From Rhodospirillaceae bacterium (GTDB lineage: Bacteria > Pseudomonadota > Alphaproteobacteria > MPNO01 > UBA2964): a DNA stretch of 64,000 nt. Each line of letters begins with the position of its first letter. Position 1 is the first letter of the stretch. Below are positions 39,215-49,735 of the stretch, in pieces. The translations under genes were made by a program, and so were the position numbers. The notes below the pieces were generated by a model, which had not been told where the DNA came from, made no database searches, and saw nothing but the letters and a program-made list of their open reading frames with translations. Where the stretch lies: the NCBI GenBank assembly GCA_038146865.1, contig JAYQSL010000007.1, positions 131,190 through 195,189 of the forward strand, written 5' to 3'.

Positions 39215-40447
39215 TTATCCGCCGCTTGAAAAATTCCAAGTGGTTCCCTCCCTGAAATAATGATCCTCCATAAAGCTGTTTGATTTATTTTTCGCACATT
39301 CACTCTCAAAGGTTAAACGGACCGCAGGGTCTTCCATCCAATAGGGTATGGAGGTTCCTCCTGGCTTGTCGACTTCCAAAACCCCTTCATCCGCAATCAT
39401 TTCTCCTGGAACTCCGGCTTTTTGCGCCCGGTGATTGTTAGGGCCATACCAAGCCAGCAACCTCAATGGATCACGGCCCGAATTAAAATGTTGGTGGAAC
39501 CAGCGCAACCTTGGCATAGGGCATGCGGAGATCATGCTAGCAAATCCATACTCTATTCTTAGCACTTCGTCTTGAGATCCGGTTTTCCAAGGTGTTGGTC
39601 CGATGTCCTCTGGCCAAGAATTACAATAGCCTACGCCACCAATGGAGATAAATACTGCGGCCTCGCCGGGGTAATAGGCTCTAGAATAGTGCCCAGCCGG
39701 GTATTCACCGATATACTGGTAAAATATGTTTTCAGCCATTTTTGGCTCTAGCCGGCGATAACCCGGCGTTCGGCGATTATCGAGATAAAGTTCGGTTGCA
39801 AACACATCGGGAATAATGTTTGTCCGACGCATTGCTAATCCTCGTGCCTCATCCTCCTCTAAACCATCTTTTGTTTCAAAATTATTTCCTTGGGTATTGA
39901 AACGTTTCGGAAAACTAACATCGCTTTTAAAGATTACATGTTGATCATTTAAAAGGTTGAATATGTTTGGTGCCGAGGTCCCAGCAAGTAATAACGCGGG
40001 GTTTGATGACGAATTAACAATTCTATGAAAACTATTCAGTGGAATAGAGAAAAGACTGCCTCTTTCCCATTCGAAGATTTCAGGAGGATCCCCATCAGTG
40101 GCCCAGATTTCTGTGGTACCTCTACCCTCGAGAACTAAAAAAATTTCCTCATATAAGTGCCTCTCTGCGTTCAAGGCGCCAGCTCCTGGCACTTCGACCA
40201 AATATGAGCCCCAGAGACCCTCAGTGCCAAATAGCTGGATGAAAGCTCCGCGGCCTCCCATATCAGGCCAGTTTCCGAGAGCAACATTTTGTAAATCTGG
40301 AATTGCAATGTCGCGAATAATTGGTACGTCTTGTGCAGCCATGAATCTGTCGTACGGGGTGGCCCGTCGGTTCCAAGCAGCGGTCCCGGCATACGTGTTG
40401 CCATTTGGCTCATGCCAATGCGGTTCGCCCGTTATATCATGCGGCAT
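39215..40447 (-). CDS. Bicupin-domain protein (gentisate-dioxygenase-like fold, function unknown)
   Basis: 410 aa with two cupin beta-barrel segments (YEEIFLVLEGRGTTEIW...GSLFSIPLNSFHRIVN, and a second barrel around AVFISIGGVGY). Its stop abuts the EutA-like start, so the two are probably co-transcribed. Confidence 0.6.
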   Translation of the reverse strand: MPHDITGEPHWHEPNGNTYAGTAAWNRRATPYDRFMAAQDVPIIRDIAIPDLQNVALGNWPDMGGRGAFIQLFGTEGLWGSYLVEVPGAGALNAERHLYEEIFLVLEGRGTTEIWATDGDPPEIFEWERGSLFSIPLNSFHRIVNSSSNPALLLAGTSAPNIFNLLNDQHVIFKSDVSFPKRFNTQGNNFETKDGLEEDEARGLAMRRTNIIPDVFATELYLDNRRTPGYRRLEPKMAENIFYQYIGEYPAGHYSRAYYPGEAAVFISIGGVGYCNSWPEDIGPTPWKTGSQDEVLRIEYGFASMISACPMPRLRWFHQHFNSGRDPLRLLAWYGPNNHRAQKAGVPGEMIADEGVLEVDKPGGTSIPYWMEDPAVRLTFESECAKNKSNSFMEDHYFREGTTWNFSSGG

Positions 40448-40619
40448 TTTCTACCCTTTTTTCGAAAAAAATGATCAAAGCTGACCAATGCGTCAAGTTT
40501 ATTCCTCCGAACATCAATTAGTTTTGCATTAGCGAATATTACCGGAAAGCATTTGCGATAGGTCTTGCCAAAGGTCTATCCTGGGTCGGATAATATGATC
40601 AAAATGGGGAGTAGGAAAT

Positions 40620-41519
40620 ATGGCCACTCAGCTCAGGATTCCTGATGACATTGATACGGTTCCTCTGCACGATGCGATCGGTGCCGAGGTCCGGGGGATT
40701 GATCTCACAAAACCTTTGGAAGAGCCAACTCAGCAAATGCTCAGGGAGTTGATTGGTGAATATTCTATTTTGTTGATCAGGGGTCAGGATATTTCCGAGG
40801 AGCAGCAATTTGCTTATGCCCGCAGTTTTGGACCAATCGCGGAGCGGATGAAACCCGCTAGCGCAAAGCAAGCAGCGGAACAAGAGTCGAAGCGGTCAAA
40901 ACACTTTGATCCAAATAATAAAATGCAAATGATCAGCAACAAGAGGGACGAAGACGGTAAGCTGATCGGTGCCCTAGGTGATGGGGAAATGTGGTTTCAT
41001 ACCGATAAATGCTATCTGCAGAAGCCCTATCATGTCTCTTTTCTTTACCCCACGGCATTGCCGACAACAGGGGGGCACACAATGTTTGCAAGTTTGTATA
41101 GGGCCTATGACCTCATCCCAAAGAAATTAAAAGAAACCCTTCAAGGACGAAAAGTTCTTCAAGTTTATGATTATGGCAAAGAAGGTAAGCCTGATTTGGC
41201 CACTAAATCTTTGGATGATGTGCTTCATTACTGGCAACCCTTATTTTTGAAAAATCCTTTTTCGGGAAAAACAGCGGTCTATGTAAGCCGTCTAATGTCA
41301 GCAAAAATAGAGGGTATGGATGATGATGAAAGTCGCCGAGTGCTCGACGATATTTGTGATATCATAGAAGATAAATCAAACTTTTATGAGCACACTTGGA
41401 AGATTGGGGACATTATCGGGTGGGATAACTACTCGACTTTGCACGCTAGAACTGATTGGCCGCGTCAGCAGGAACGAACCTTTCGGCGTTGTTTGACGCA
41501 AGGTGATCGGCTCTATTAG
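40620..41519 (+). CDS. TauD/TfdA-family Fe(II)/2-oxoglutarate-dependent dioxygenase
   Basis: GAEVRGIDL...LIRGQD...WHTDKCY...HARTDW; 299 aa. It diverges from the bicupin operon. Confidence 0.8.
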   Translation: MATQLRIPDDIDTVPLHDAIGAEVRGIDLTKPLEEPTQQMLRELIGEYSILLIRGQDISEEQQFAYARSFGPIAERMKPASAKQAAEQESKRSKHFDPNNKMQMISNKRDEDGKLIGALGDGEMWFHTDKCYLQKPYHVSFLYPTALPTTGGHTMFASLYRAYDLIPKKLKETLQGRKVLQVYDYGKEGKPDLATKSLDDVLHYWQPLFLKNPFSGKTAVYVSRLMSAKIEGMDDDESRRVLDDICDIIEDKSNFYEHTWKIGDIIGWDNYSTLHARTDWPRQQERTFRRCLTQGDRLY

Positions 41520-41629
41520 ATTTTCGAGCGCAGAGACTTCTCAACCTCATTTGAACGATACTGAACCGCATAAATTTGCGTTACAGCGGTGATTTGATTT
41601 GGGTTGAATTAAAAAAACCAAGAATTTTA

Positions 41630-42244
41630 TTATCTGTTAGTCGGCAACTTCGGATCAGGTTTGACGTTAAGAATTACGTTTAGGTCGCCCGGCTCGCCTC
41701 CGCCAAAACCCTCAACTCCAAATCCATTGATTTTGACCTTTTGTCCGTGGACGGACCCACTTGGTATATCAACCGCAACGGTTAATCCCGTCATAGTTGT
41801 TACCAGCTTACATACACCACTTTTGGCTTCTGAAGCCAATAAGTCCAATCTGACGGCAATATCTTGACCCTTCATAACCATAGACGTGGCCGCAGCGCCT
41901 TTTACACGTCCTAAGCGCGTACCAGCAATATCTCCAAACAAATCTATAAGTCGTTCTCCTGTGCTTTCGTCAATTTCAAAATCAAACCATGCTCCACCTT
42001 TTTCCCAGCCCTCTGGGTGTGGTTGAGACGGATCAGATTTAAATTGTTTAAAGTCGTATTCTTTTCTAGTTTTACTATTTGCGAGCACATTATAGGCAGC
42101 TGTTATCTTTTTGAACATTTCGGTCGCGGCCTCATCGCCTGCGTTTAGATCTGGATGAAGTTTTTTTGCTAGCTCTCGATAAGCTTTTTTTATTGCGTCA
42201 TGCTCAGCAGTAGGCTCTATGCCCAACAATTCATATGCATTCAT
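41630..42244 (-). CDS. J-domain co-chaperone (CbpA/DnaJ-like, lacking the zinc-finger region)
   Basis: An N-terminal J domain, YELLGIEPTAEHDAIKKAYRELAKKLHPDLN, followed by a DnaJ_C-like beta domain. Confidence 0.8.
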   Translation of the reverse strand: MNAYELLGIEPTAEHDAIKKAYRELAKKLHPDLNAGDEAATEMFKKITAAYNVLANSKTRKEYDFKQFKSDPSQPHPEGWEKGGAWFDFEIDESTGERLIDLFGDIAGTRLGRVKGAAATSMVMKGQDIAVRLDLLASEAKSGVCKLVTTMTGLTVAVDIPSGSVHGQKVKINGFGVEGFGGGEPGDLNVILNVKPDPKLPTNR

Positions 42245-42381
42245 ATCAGTTACGTCCCGTTTCAGAGCTTGTCCCCAAACTCTTTAATAAAACCTCAAGT
42301 TTAAAAATTTGGAATTAATTGAGTTGGAGCTTAATTATTTAATACAAGGGTGAAAAACAGATTCCATATTGATTAACATGA

Positions 42382-43713
<1,332 letters not shown>

Positions 43714-43971
43714 GTGGCTGGTTTTTGAATGGCTATCCCGATCGAACCGGTGATCTGTTTGCGAAAGAGTTTAAAATTTTTACAGCTGCAGAAACCCCAA
43801 CGGAAGGCATTCGGTAGGTTCGGAAAAAGCTGAAAGCCCTTCGATCAATCAGACTTCCTAAAATTTACTCCAAAAATATAACTCCATGCGCAGGGATTAA
43901 GATAGGCCTCAGTCAGCCAAATCATTTCTGGGAATGATCTATAATATAACCAATCTTGGCGTCTGCTGTTT

Positions 43972-44733
43972 TCAATGGGGACAGAGAGCCGCCCCATTTA
44001 AATGGATGGTTTGACCACTCAAGTAAGTAGAGCCAGGGCCCACAAGAAAGCGGATTAAATTAGCCATATCCTGAGGGGTACCCATCCGTCCCAAGGGGAT
44101 ATCGGGTTCTTGAGTAAACCCGTGGGTGGGGGCGTTTGCGCTTCGCAAGGTATCAAACCTACCCACAACTGCGGTGTTTGCTCGAATATTTACAGGGCCA
44201 AATTCAATCGCTAGGCCACGGGTAAGTCCCATGAGTGCTTCTTTCGCGGCCATTACATGGGATCTCCCCGCATTCCCTTTATATGACGACATCCCTGCGA
44301 GAGAGACAATTGCGCCGCCACCCCGTTTTATCATCAGAGGTATGCAAAGTTTCGAGAGATTAAACGAGCCTTTCACGCAAGTTTCGGCTATCCGATCCCA
44401 TTCTATTGTATCAACTTCAGATAGAGGAAGATTGGAGCGCACCGCGGCGTTATTTACCAGAATGTCTACAGTACCAAAGGCGCCAACGGCTGTCTCTACG
44501 ATTGATGCAGCCGTTTGAGGGTCACCAATATTTCCCATAGCGATGGCAGCACTACCTCCATTATCTTCAATTTCTGTTTTTACTTCATGACACAAATTTT
44601 CAGATGAACGAGAGTTGACGATCACAGATGCTCCCGCTCGCGCTAATTCTATGGCTGTTGCTCTACCGATATTGCGCGCGCTTCCCGTTACTATGGCTAC
44701 TTTCCCTGACAGTTCGTTGATCAGGTCTACCAT
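43972..44733 (-). CDS. SDR-family oxidoreductase (FabG-like)
   Basis: TGSARNIGRA, NNAA, and a YKGNAGRSHVMAAK catalytic block; 253 aa. Confidence 0.8.
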   Translation of the reverse strand: MVDLINELSGKVAIVTGSARNIGRATAIELARAGASVIVNSRSSENLCHEVKTEIEDNGGSAAIAMGNIGDPQTAASIVETAVGAFGTVDILVNNAAVRSNLPLSEVDTIEWDRIAETCVKGSFNLSKLCIPLMIKRGGGAIVSLAGMSSYKGNAGRSHVMAAKEALMGLTRGLAIEFGPVNIRANTAVVGRFDTLRSANAPTHGFTQEPDIPLGRMGTPQDMANLIRFLVGPGSTYLSGQTIHLNGAALCPH

Positions 44734-44866
44734 CTGTTGCTCCTATAAAATTACTGAAATTCTGCTCAGTATTGCAAAGTTTAAAAGCCTTGACGATGGG
44801 GAGAAGCACCTTTAAAAACCGCTTTTTGAGAGTTATAGCTAATCTTTCGGGGATAAAGGTGGAATT

Positions 44867-45151
44867 ATGTCACGTCGTTGCGAGATATCCGGTAAAGGGG
44901 TGTTAACTGGAAATAATGTTAGTCACGCCCAAAATAAAACGCGTCGTCGTTTTCTGCCGAACCTTCAAGTGACCACTTTTTTGTCTGATGCTCTAGGTGA
45001 AAAAGTAAAGTTGAAATTATCCACTCGAACCATCCGATCTATAGAAAAAAACGGCGGCCTGGACTCTTACCTGTTAACATGTCCGGATGATAAGCTAACC
45101 GACAAAGCGATAAAACTTAAAAGTAAAATTCGTAAAGCTGCTGCTGCCTAG
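44867..45151 (+). CDS. rpmB: 50S ribosomal protein L28
   Basis: [33 protein letters not shown] is the canonical bL28; 94 aa, typical of alphaproteobacteria. Confidence 0.9.
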   Translation: MSRRCEISGKGVLTGNNVSHAQNKTRRRFLPNLQVTTFLSDALGEKVKLKLSTRTIRSIEKNGGLDSYLLTCPDDKLTDKAIKLKSKIRKAAAA

Positions 45152-45181
45152 ACTTTTTGGAACCTGTCTCCCCAAATCACT

Positions 45182-45778
45182 CTAGGGTATGTCCCTGCAT
45201 GCCATCAAAACCGAATAAGCATGGTTGATTGATTTCAATTTTTCCTCTGATCTTTTATCGCCGCCGTTGGAGTCCGGGTGGTTTTCTTTTACCAGTTTTT
45301 TATATTGAGATTTAATTTCTTGCACAGTCACGGGCGGAGAAATTGTCAAAATTTTAATTGCTTCCTCCTCCGGGGATCGTGGTCTTGGACGCCACCCTGT
45401 TTTTTCAGGCTGATTCTCTAATTTTACCTCGGTATCCCAATTGCCAATCCCAAAAGGTCCCAGAGTGAATTCCGACGCCCCGTTCTTACGTTTCCCAGTG
45501 AATGGCCAGGTGGGTCGCTGCCAGGTAATATCAAGACGGATGTGACGTTCTATCTCCTCTTCACTCATTCCCTCATAATAATTCCAGGACCGATTATATT
45601 CCCGAACGTGTTCGAGGCAGAACCAAAAGTATTCCTCCAGCCGGTCCGGCGATTGGGGCGCCCTAAACTCCCCAACCTCATTGCATTTGGCGAAATCACA
45701 AATTTTTAACCCATCTTTTCTTTGATTGGAGTCCGATGTATCGGTGAACAGTTCTGAAGGAGATCTTTTTTGCTTCAT
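45182..45778 (-). CDS. J-domain protein with N-terminal Cys-rich region and C-terminal J domain
   Basis: C-terminal QEIKSQYKKLVKENHPDSNGGD...HAYSVL (the HPD motif). N-terminal Cys cluster CDFAKC...FCLEH. Confidence 0.7.
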   Translation of the reverse strand: MKQKRSPSELFTDTSDSNQRKDGLKICDFAKCNEVGEFRAPQSPDRLEEYFWFCLEHVREYNRSWNYYEGMSEEEIERHIRLDITWQRPTWPFTGKRKNGASEFTLGPFGIGNWDTEVKLENQPEKTGWRPRPRSPEEEAIKILTISPPVTVQEIKSQYKKLVKENHPDSNGGDKRSEEKLKSINHAYSVLMACRDIP

Positions 45779-45821
45779 GTCACCATTATCGTTTGTAGGA
45801 TTTTTGAATACAAGAAAACCT

Positions 45822-46388
45822 TTAGTCGCCAGTATAAAGATCAGGCCACCGAGATTTCACAATCGGTCCGGCGCTGGATAACGCATGACAGGTATTAATT
45901 TGATAAGGAGACTTATCTTTGCGGTCCTCTTTGAGAGTACTATCCTGCCCAGCTTCACGTTTGACTGTTTTAAAACCTATTGTGCCGACTGGACGAAGTA
46001 AATCAACTACATGAACGCACCCATTTACCCCTCCAACAATTTCTTTAAGCTTTCTATTCCAACCCCGCTCAATTTTCTCGCCTTTTAGTTTTTTGAAAGA
46101 AGGGATCACGCCTGGGCAAACCTCGTAAGGATGTGCATCCATGTCTAACTGAATATCAATTATTTCAACTTTGGAATTAAGCGTTATCCTTATTTTCATA
46201 TCATGAATGGGCGTTCCGGCTGGGATGATACCGCGGTAACCATTTGGAATGTCGTAAGCAGCAAGATCAATCAGGTGACCTTCTATGTCCCAATTATTGT
46301 CCTCCCGACGAAATGCCGAAACGGTTATCTCTCGGGTCTGGATTGGATTGCGTTTGACTGGGGTTGGTAGCGGCATGATGTTTCTCAC
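45822..46388 (-). CDS. Conserved hypothetical protein (188 aa)
   Basis: An ORF with consistent coding signal. I see no recognisable catalytic motif. Confidence 0.5.
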   Translation of the reverse strand: MRNIMPLPTPVKRNPIQTREITVSAFRREDNNWDIEGHLIDLAAYDIPNGYRGIIPAGTPIHDMKIRITLNSKVEIIDIQLDMDAHPYEVCPGVIPSFKKLKGEKIERGWNRKLKEIVGGVNGCVHVVDLLRPVGTIGFKTVKREAGQDSTLKEDRKDKSPYQINTCHALSSAGPIVKSRWPDLYTGD

Positions 46389-46447
46389 TTGGGATTATGG
46401 GCTTTAATGTATTTAGACCGATAATATGGTAGCTTTTTAAGAATTGA

Positions 46448-47728
46448 TTATTCTTTTTTCTGCACTCTAGGCGGTGTGACCCTAATCATGGCGAGTCGAT
46501 TTTGACGCCGACTCATAATTTCAAAGCGGAAACCTTCCTGATTAAAGATTTGTCCCTCCTCCGGAATAACCTTGCCAATCTCAATTACTAACCCCGCTAG
46601 AGTAGCTGCTGTTTGATCGGTAAGTCCCCAGTCGAAACGACGGTTAAGATCACGAATTGTGACGCGCCCGTCTACAATATAAGAGCCATCAGTTTGAGGG
46701 CGCACTCCTAAGGGGACGACATCATGTTCATCGGCGATATCCCCCACAATTTCTTCAAGAATATCTTCGAGGGTAACCACTCCCATTAATGATCCATACT
46801 CATCTACCACCAATGCAAAGTGTTCTCGTCTTCTTCGAAAAGCTTGTAATTGGTCTAGGAGAGAGGTCGATTCAGGTATAAACCACGGGGGGGATGAGAC
46901 ATTGTCGATGTTAATACGGTTTGGATTATCTAAATTTGCACTCACCTGCCGAAGCAATTCCTTTACGTGTAAAACACCAATAATATTGTCCATTTCCGAG
47001 CGCCAGACGGGGATCCTGGTGTAAGGCGCATTTACGATCTGTTTAATAATTTCAGCTGGGGGGAGATCACCGTCAACCATTACGAGATCTTGGCGATGAT
47101 GCATAACTTCAGAGACATCAACATCAGACAAGTCCAATATACTTCTCAGCATTACTCGTTCGTGTTGTATGTCAGAGTGATCACCCTGATGGAGTTCTAT
47201 TGCTCCCCGCAATGCTTCCACGGCTTCTGCTTTGTCCGAAATATCAACAAAGTTAATTCCAATAACGCGCATTGCGTTTGCTATCATCCAATTTATGGCT
47301 TGTGTAACTGGGGATAGAATAAAAATTAGAACTCGGAATAGAGGGGCTACGGCGAGTGAAACGCGGTCCGAGTGATAAAACGCATATGTCTTAGGCGCGA
47401 TTTCGCCAAAAATAAGAACCAGGAAGGTCATTGCTAGCGTCGCATAGACCACACCATTCTTGCCAAAAAAAGAGATCAAAAGGCTGGTCGCTAATGCGGA
47501 TGCCAAGATATTTACTAGGTTATTTCCAAGAAGGATTGCCCCGATCATCTTTTCTTTATTTTTAACGAGTGAATTTACGAGGCGGGCCCGGTCATCGCCT
47601 TGACGTTCTAGAAGATGCATTCGGGGTCGAGAGAAAGCAGTAAGAGCTGTCTCAGAGCCTGAAAATAACCCCGAAAGGATCAGTAGGACCAAAATTCCAA
47701 CAAGTGTCGCTATAAGTTCTGTTTCCAT
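46448..47728 (-). CDS. HlyC/CorC (CNNM) family transporter: DUF21 plus CBS pair plus CorC_HlyC
   Basis: An N-terminal 4-TM DUF21 domain, tandem CBS domains, and a C-terminal transporter-associated domain; 426 aa. Confidence 0.85.
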   Translation of the reverse strand: METELIATLVGILVLLILSGLFSGSETALTAFSRPRMHLLERQGDDRARLVNSLVKNKEKMIGAILLGNNLVNILASALATSLLISFFGKNGVVYATLAMTFLVLIFGEIAPKTYAFYHSDRVSLAVAPLFRVLIFILSPVTQAINWMIANAMRVIGINFVDISDKAEAVEALRGAIELHQGDHSDIQHERVMLRSILDLSDVDVSEVMHHRQDLVMVDGDLPPAEIIKQIVNAPYTRIPVWRSEMDNIIGVLHVKELLRQVSANLDNPNRINIDNVSSPPWFIPESTSLLDQLQAFRRRREHFALVVDEYGSLMGVVTLEDILEEIVGDIADEHDVVPLGVRPQTDGSYIVDGRVTIRDLNRRFDWGLTDQTAATLAGLVIEIGKVIPEEGQIFNQEGFRFEIMSRRQNRLAMIRVTPPRVQKKE

Positions 47729-47731
47729 CGA

Positions 47732-48856
47732 TCAACTATTCAAGTTTTTATCAATGATAGCTTTTACATCAGCCATGTGAACATCTTCGCAAACGAAAGC
47801 CTTCCCAATCCCTTTTGTCAGAACAAAATTAATATTTCCGTTTCGGACTTTTTTGTCTCTAGCCATATGAGAAATTAAACGATCGCTGCTCCAGTCAATT
47901 CCTTCTATGGACTTTAATGCTACTGGAAGTCCAATCTTTTTTAGGTGACTTGTTGCACGTCTCGCTTCTATTCCTGGACACAAGCCCATTCTAACAGAAA
48001 GATCGAATGCCATAGTAATCCCGATGGAAACAGCCTCACCGTGGAGAAGCGTTTCACTAAATCCGGTTTCAGTTTCTAAAGCGTGACCAAAGGTGTGACC
48101 CAAATTTAGCAGCGCCCTAACTCCACCTTCTCTCTCATCTTTGGTCACAATTAAGGCCTTGGAACGGCAGCTAGTCGCAACTGCATGCGCGATCGCAACT
48201 GGGTTGCAATCGATTACTTTATCCCCATTCTCCTCTAGCCATTCAAAAAAAAGGGCATCTCCCAGTAGGCCATACTTTACTATTTCGGCGTACCCTGACA
48301 GCAACTCTCTATTTGGTAAGGTTTTCAAACTCGCAGTATCTGAGATTACCAGCCGAGGTTGATAAAAAGTTCCTACCAAATTTTTCCCTTGAGGGGTGTT
48401 AATGGCAGTCTTACCGCCAACAGAGCTGTCAACCATCGCTAAAAGGCTTGTTGGAATTTGAATAAGGTGGATGCCTCGCAAAATCGTACTTGCTGCGAAA
48501 CCGGCGATATCCCCAATAACACCGCCGCCGAGAGCGATTAAACATGTATCCCGATCGACTCCCAGTTTAAGAATAGATTCTAGTAACTCGCGCAATCCCG
48601 AGAATGATTTTGTTTGTTCTCCTGGCTTTAAAATAACGTCAACCGGATCGTGACCCCCATTTTCTAGAGCCTTCCGCAGACTAATGAGATGATTCCTGGC
48701 AACATTTTGATCGGTAACGATAATTTTTTTCTTGCCCAATCGGAGCGGAGCTATCAGCTTGTCAGCTTCGCTGATTATCTCTTCCCCAATAATAATTTGA
48801 TAGGAGCGATCACCCAAATCTACGTCAACGAAATGCCTGCTCCCCGCTTTATTCAT
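47732..48856 (-). CDS. aroB: 3-dehydroquinate synthase
   Basis: GGGVIGDIAGFAA NAD-binding motif and the metal ligands HTFGHALE; 374 aa. Confidence 0.95.
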   Translation of the reverse strand: MNKAGSRHFVDVDLGDRSYQIIIGEEIISEADKLIAPLRLGKKKIIVTDQNVARNHLISLRKALENGGHDPVDVILKPGEQTKSFSGLRELLESILKLGVDRDTCLIALGGGVIGDIAGFAASTILRGIHLIQIPTSLLAMVDSSVGGKTAINTPQGKNLVGTFYQPRLVISDTASLKTLPNRELLSGYAEIVKYGLLGDALFFEWLEENGDKVIDCNPVAIAHAVATSCRSKALIVTKDEREGGVRALLNLGHTFGHALETETGFSETLLHGEAVSIGITMAFDLSVRMGLCPGIEARRATSHLKKIGLPVALKSIEGIDWSSDRLISHMARDKKVRNGNINFVLTKGIGKAFVCEDVHMADVKAIIDKNLNS

Positions 48857-49406
48857 TTGGTTGGTCTTTAACTTTGTAATTTTTTAGGGCCTGAAGAAGT
48901 TTGGTTACCGTAACTTTAGGTGCTTCGTTTCCGCTCTTCACGACCAGGTCGGCCGTTGCATATATAGGTTCCCGCTCAGTTAGAAGTCTTTGAAGAGTGT
49001 CTCTATGATTATTTCCTTTCAATAACGGTCGGTGATCGCGGCGCATCGTCCGTGAAACGAGCACCTCTAGGTCGGCCCTAATCCAAATTGAGATTGCAAA
49101 CTGTCTGATAAATTCTCGGGTTTGATCGTCCATAAAAGCGCCACCACCGGTGGCAATAACTTGAACTGGTTGGATCAGAAGGCGTTTGATGACTCTCCTT
49201 TCACCCGATCGAAATTCTTTTTCCCCGTATAACTCAAAGATTTCCTGTATCGAGCAGCCCGCTGCTTTTTCGATTTCTTCATCTGCATCAACAAAAGGCA
49301 AAGATAATCGCTTGGCCAGTAATTCGCCGATGCAAGTTTTGCCCGCGCCCATCAAGCCAACAAGAACAACTGATTTTTTAAGGTTGAAGTTTAGCAATGG
49401 TACCAT
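48849..49406 (-). CDS. aroK: Shikimate kinase
   Basis: P-loop GLMGAGKT; overlaps the aroB start; 185 aa. Confidence 0.9.
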   Translation of the reverse strand: MVPLLNFNLKKSVVLVGLMGAGKTCIGELLAKRLSLPFVDADEEIEKAAGCSIQEIFELYGEKEFRSGERRVIKRLLIQPVQVIATGGGAFMDDQTREFIRQFAISIWIRADLEVLVSRTMRRDHRPLLKGNNHRDTLQRLLTEREPIYATADLVVKSGNEAPKVTVTKLLQALKNYKVKDQPNE

Positions 49407-49735
49407 TTAGAGTTTTGAGATTCTTGCCTGGCGAAGGCAACTCAACATTGAAAGAGATCTCGCTTACAATTAAAATATTTAGCCATTATAGCTGGGGAAA
49501 CTCTAAATTTCTCTCCAAATTGCCGGTAATAGGAATAATTATTATGTCCCAGAAAATAGAAACTTTTCAAGTGGATAGGCAGGGTTTATTAAATTAGGCC
49601 AGAAAGGGTCTTTCGGCAAAAATAGGAAGCTTATGAATCGTTTGACTTTAATTGCTTTGTGCCTTTCGGCATTTTTTTTGCTGTTAGGGACAATTTTTTT
49701 ATCTAGCACTAAAATACCCGCACCATCATCTTCTG

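Noticed and set aside
43714-43971. A 258-nt gap between aatA and the convergent SDR gene as a possible ncRNA
   Set aside because: It has no convincing stem-loop or conserved motif. It is most likely two convergent 3' UTRs.
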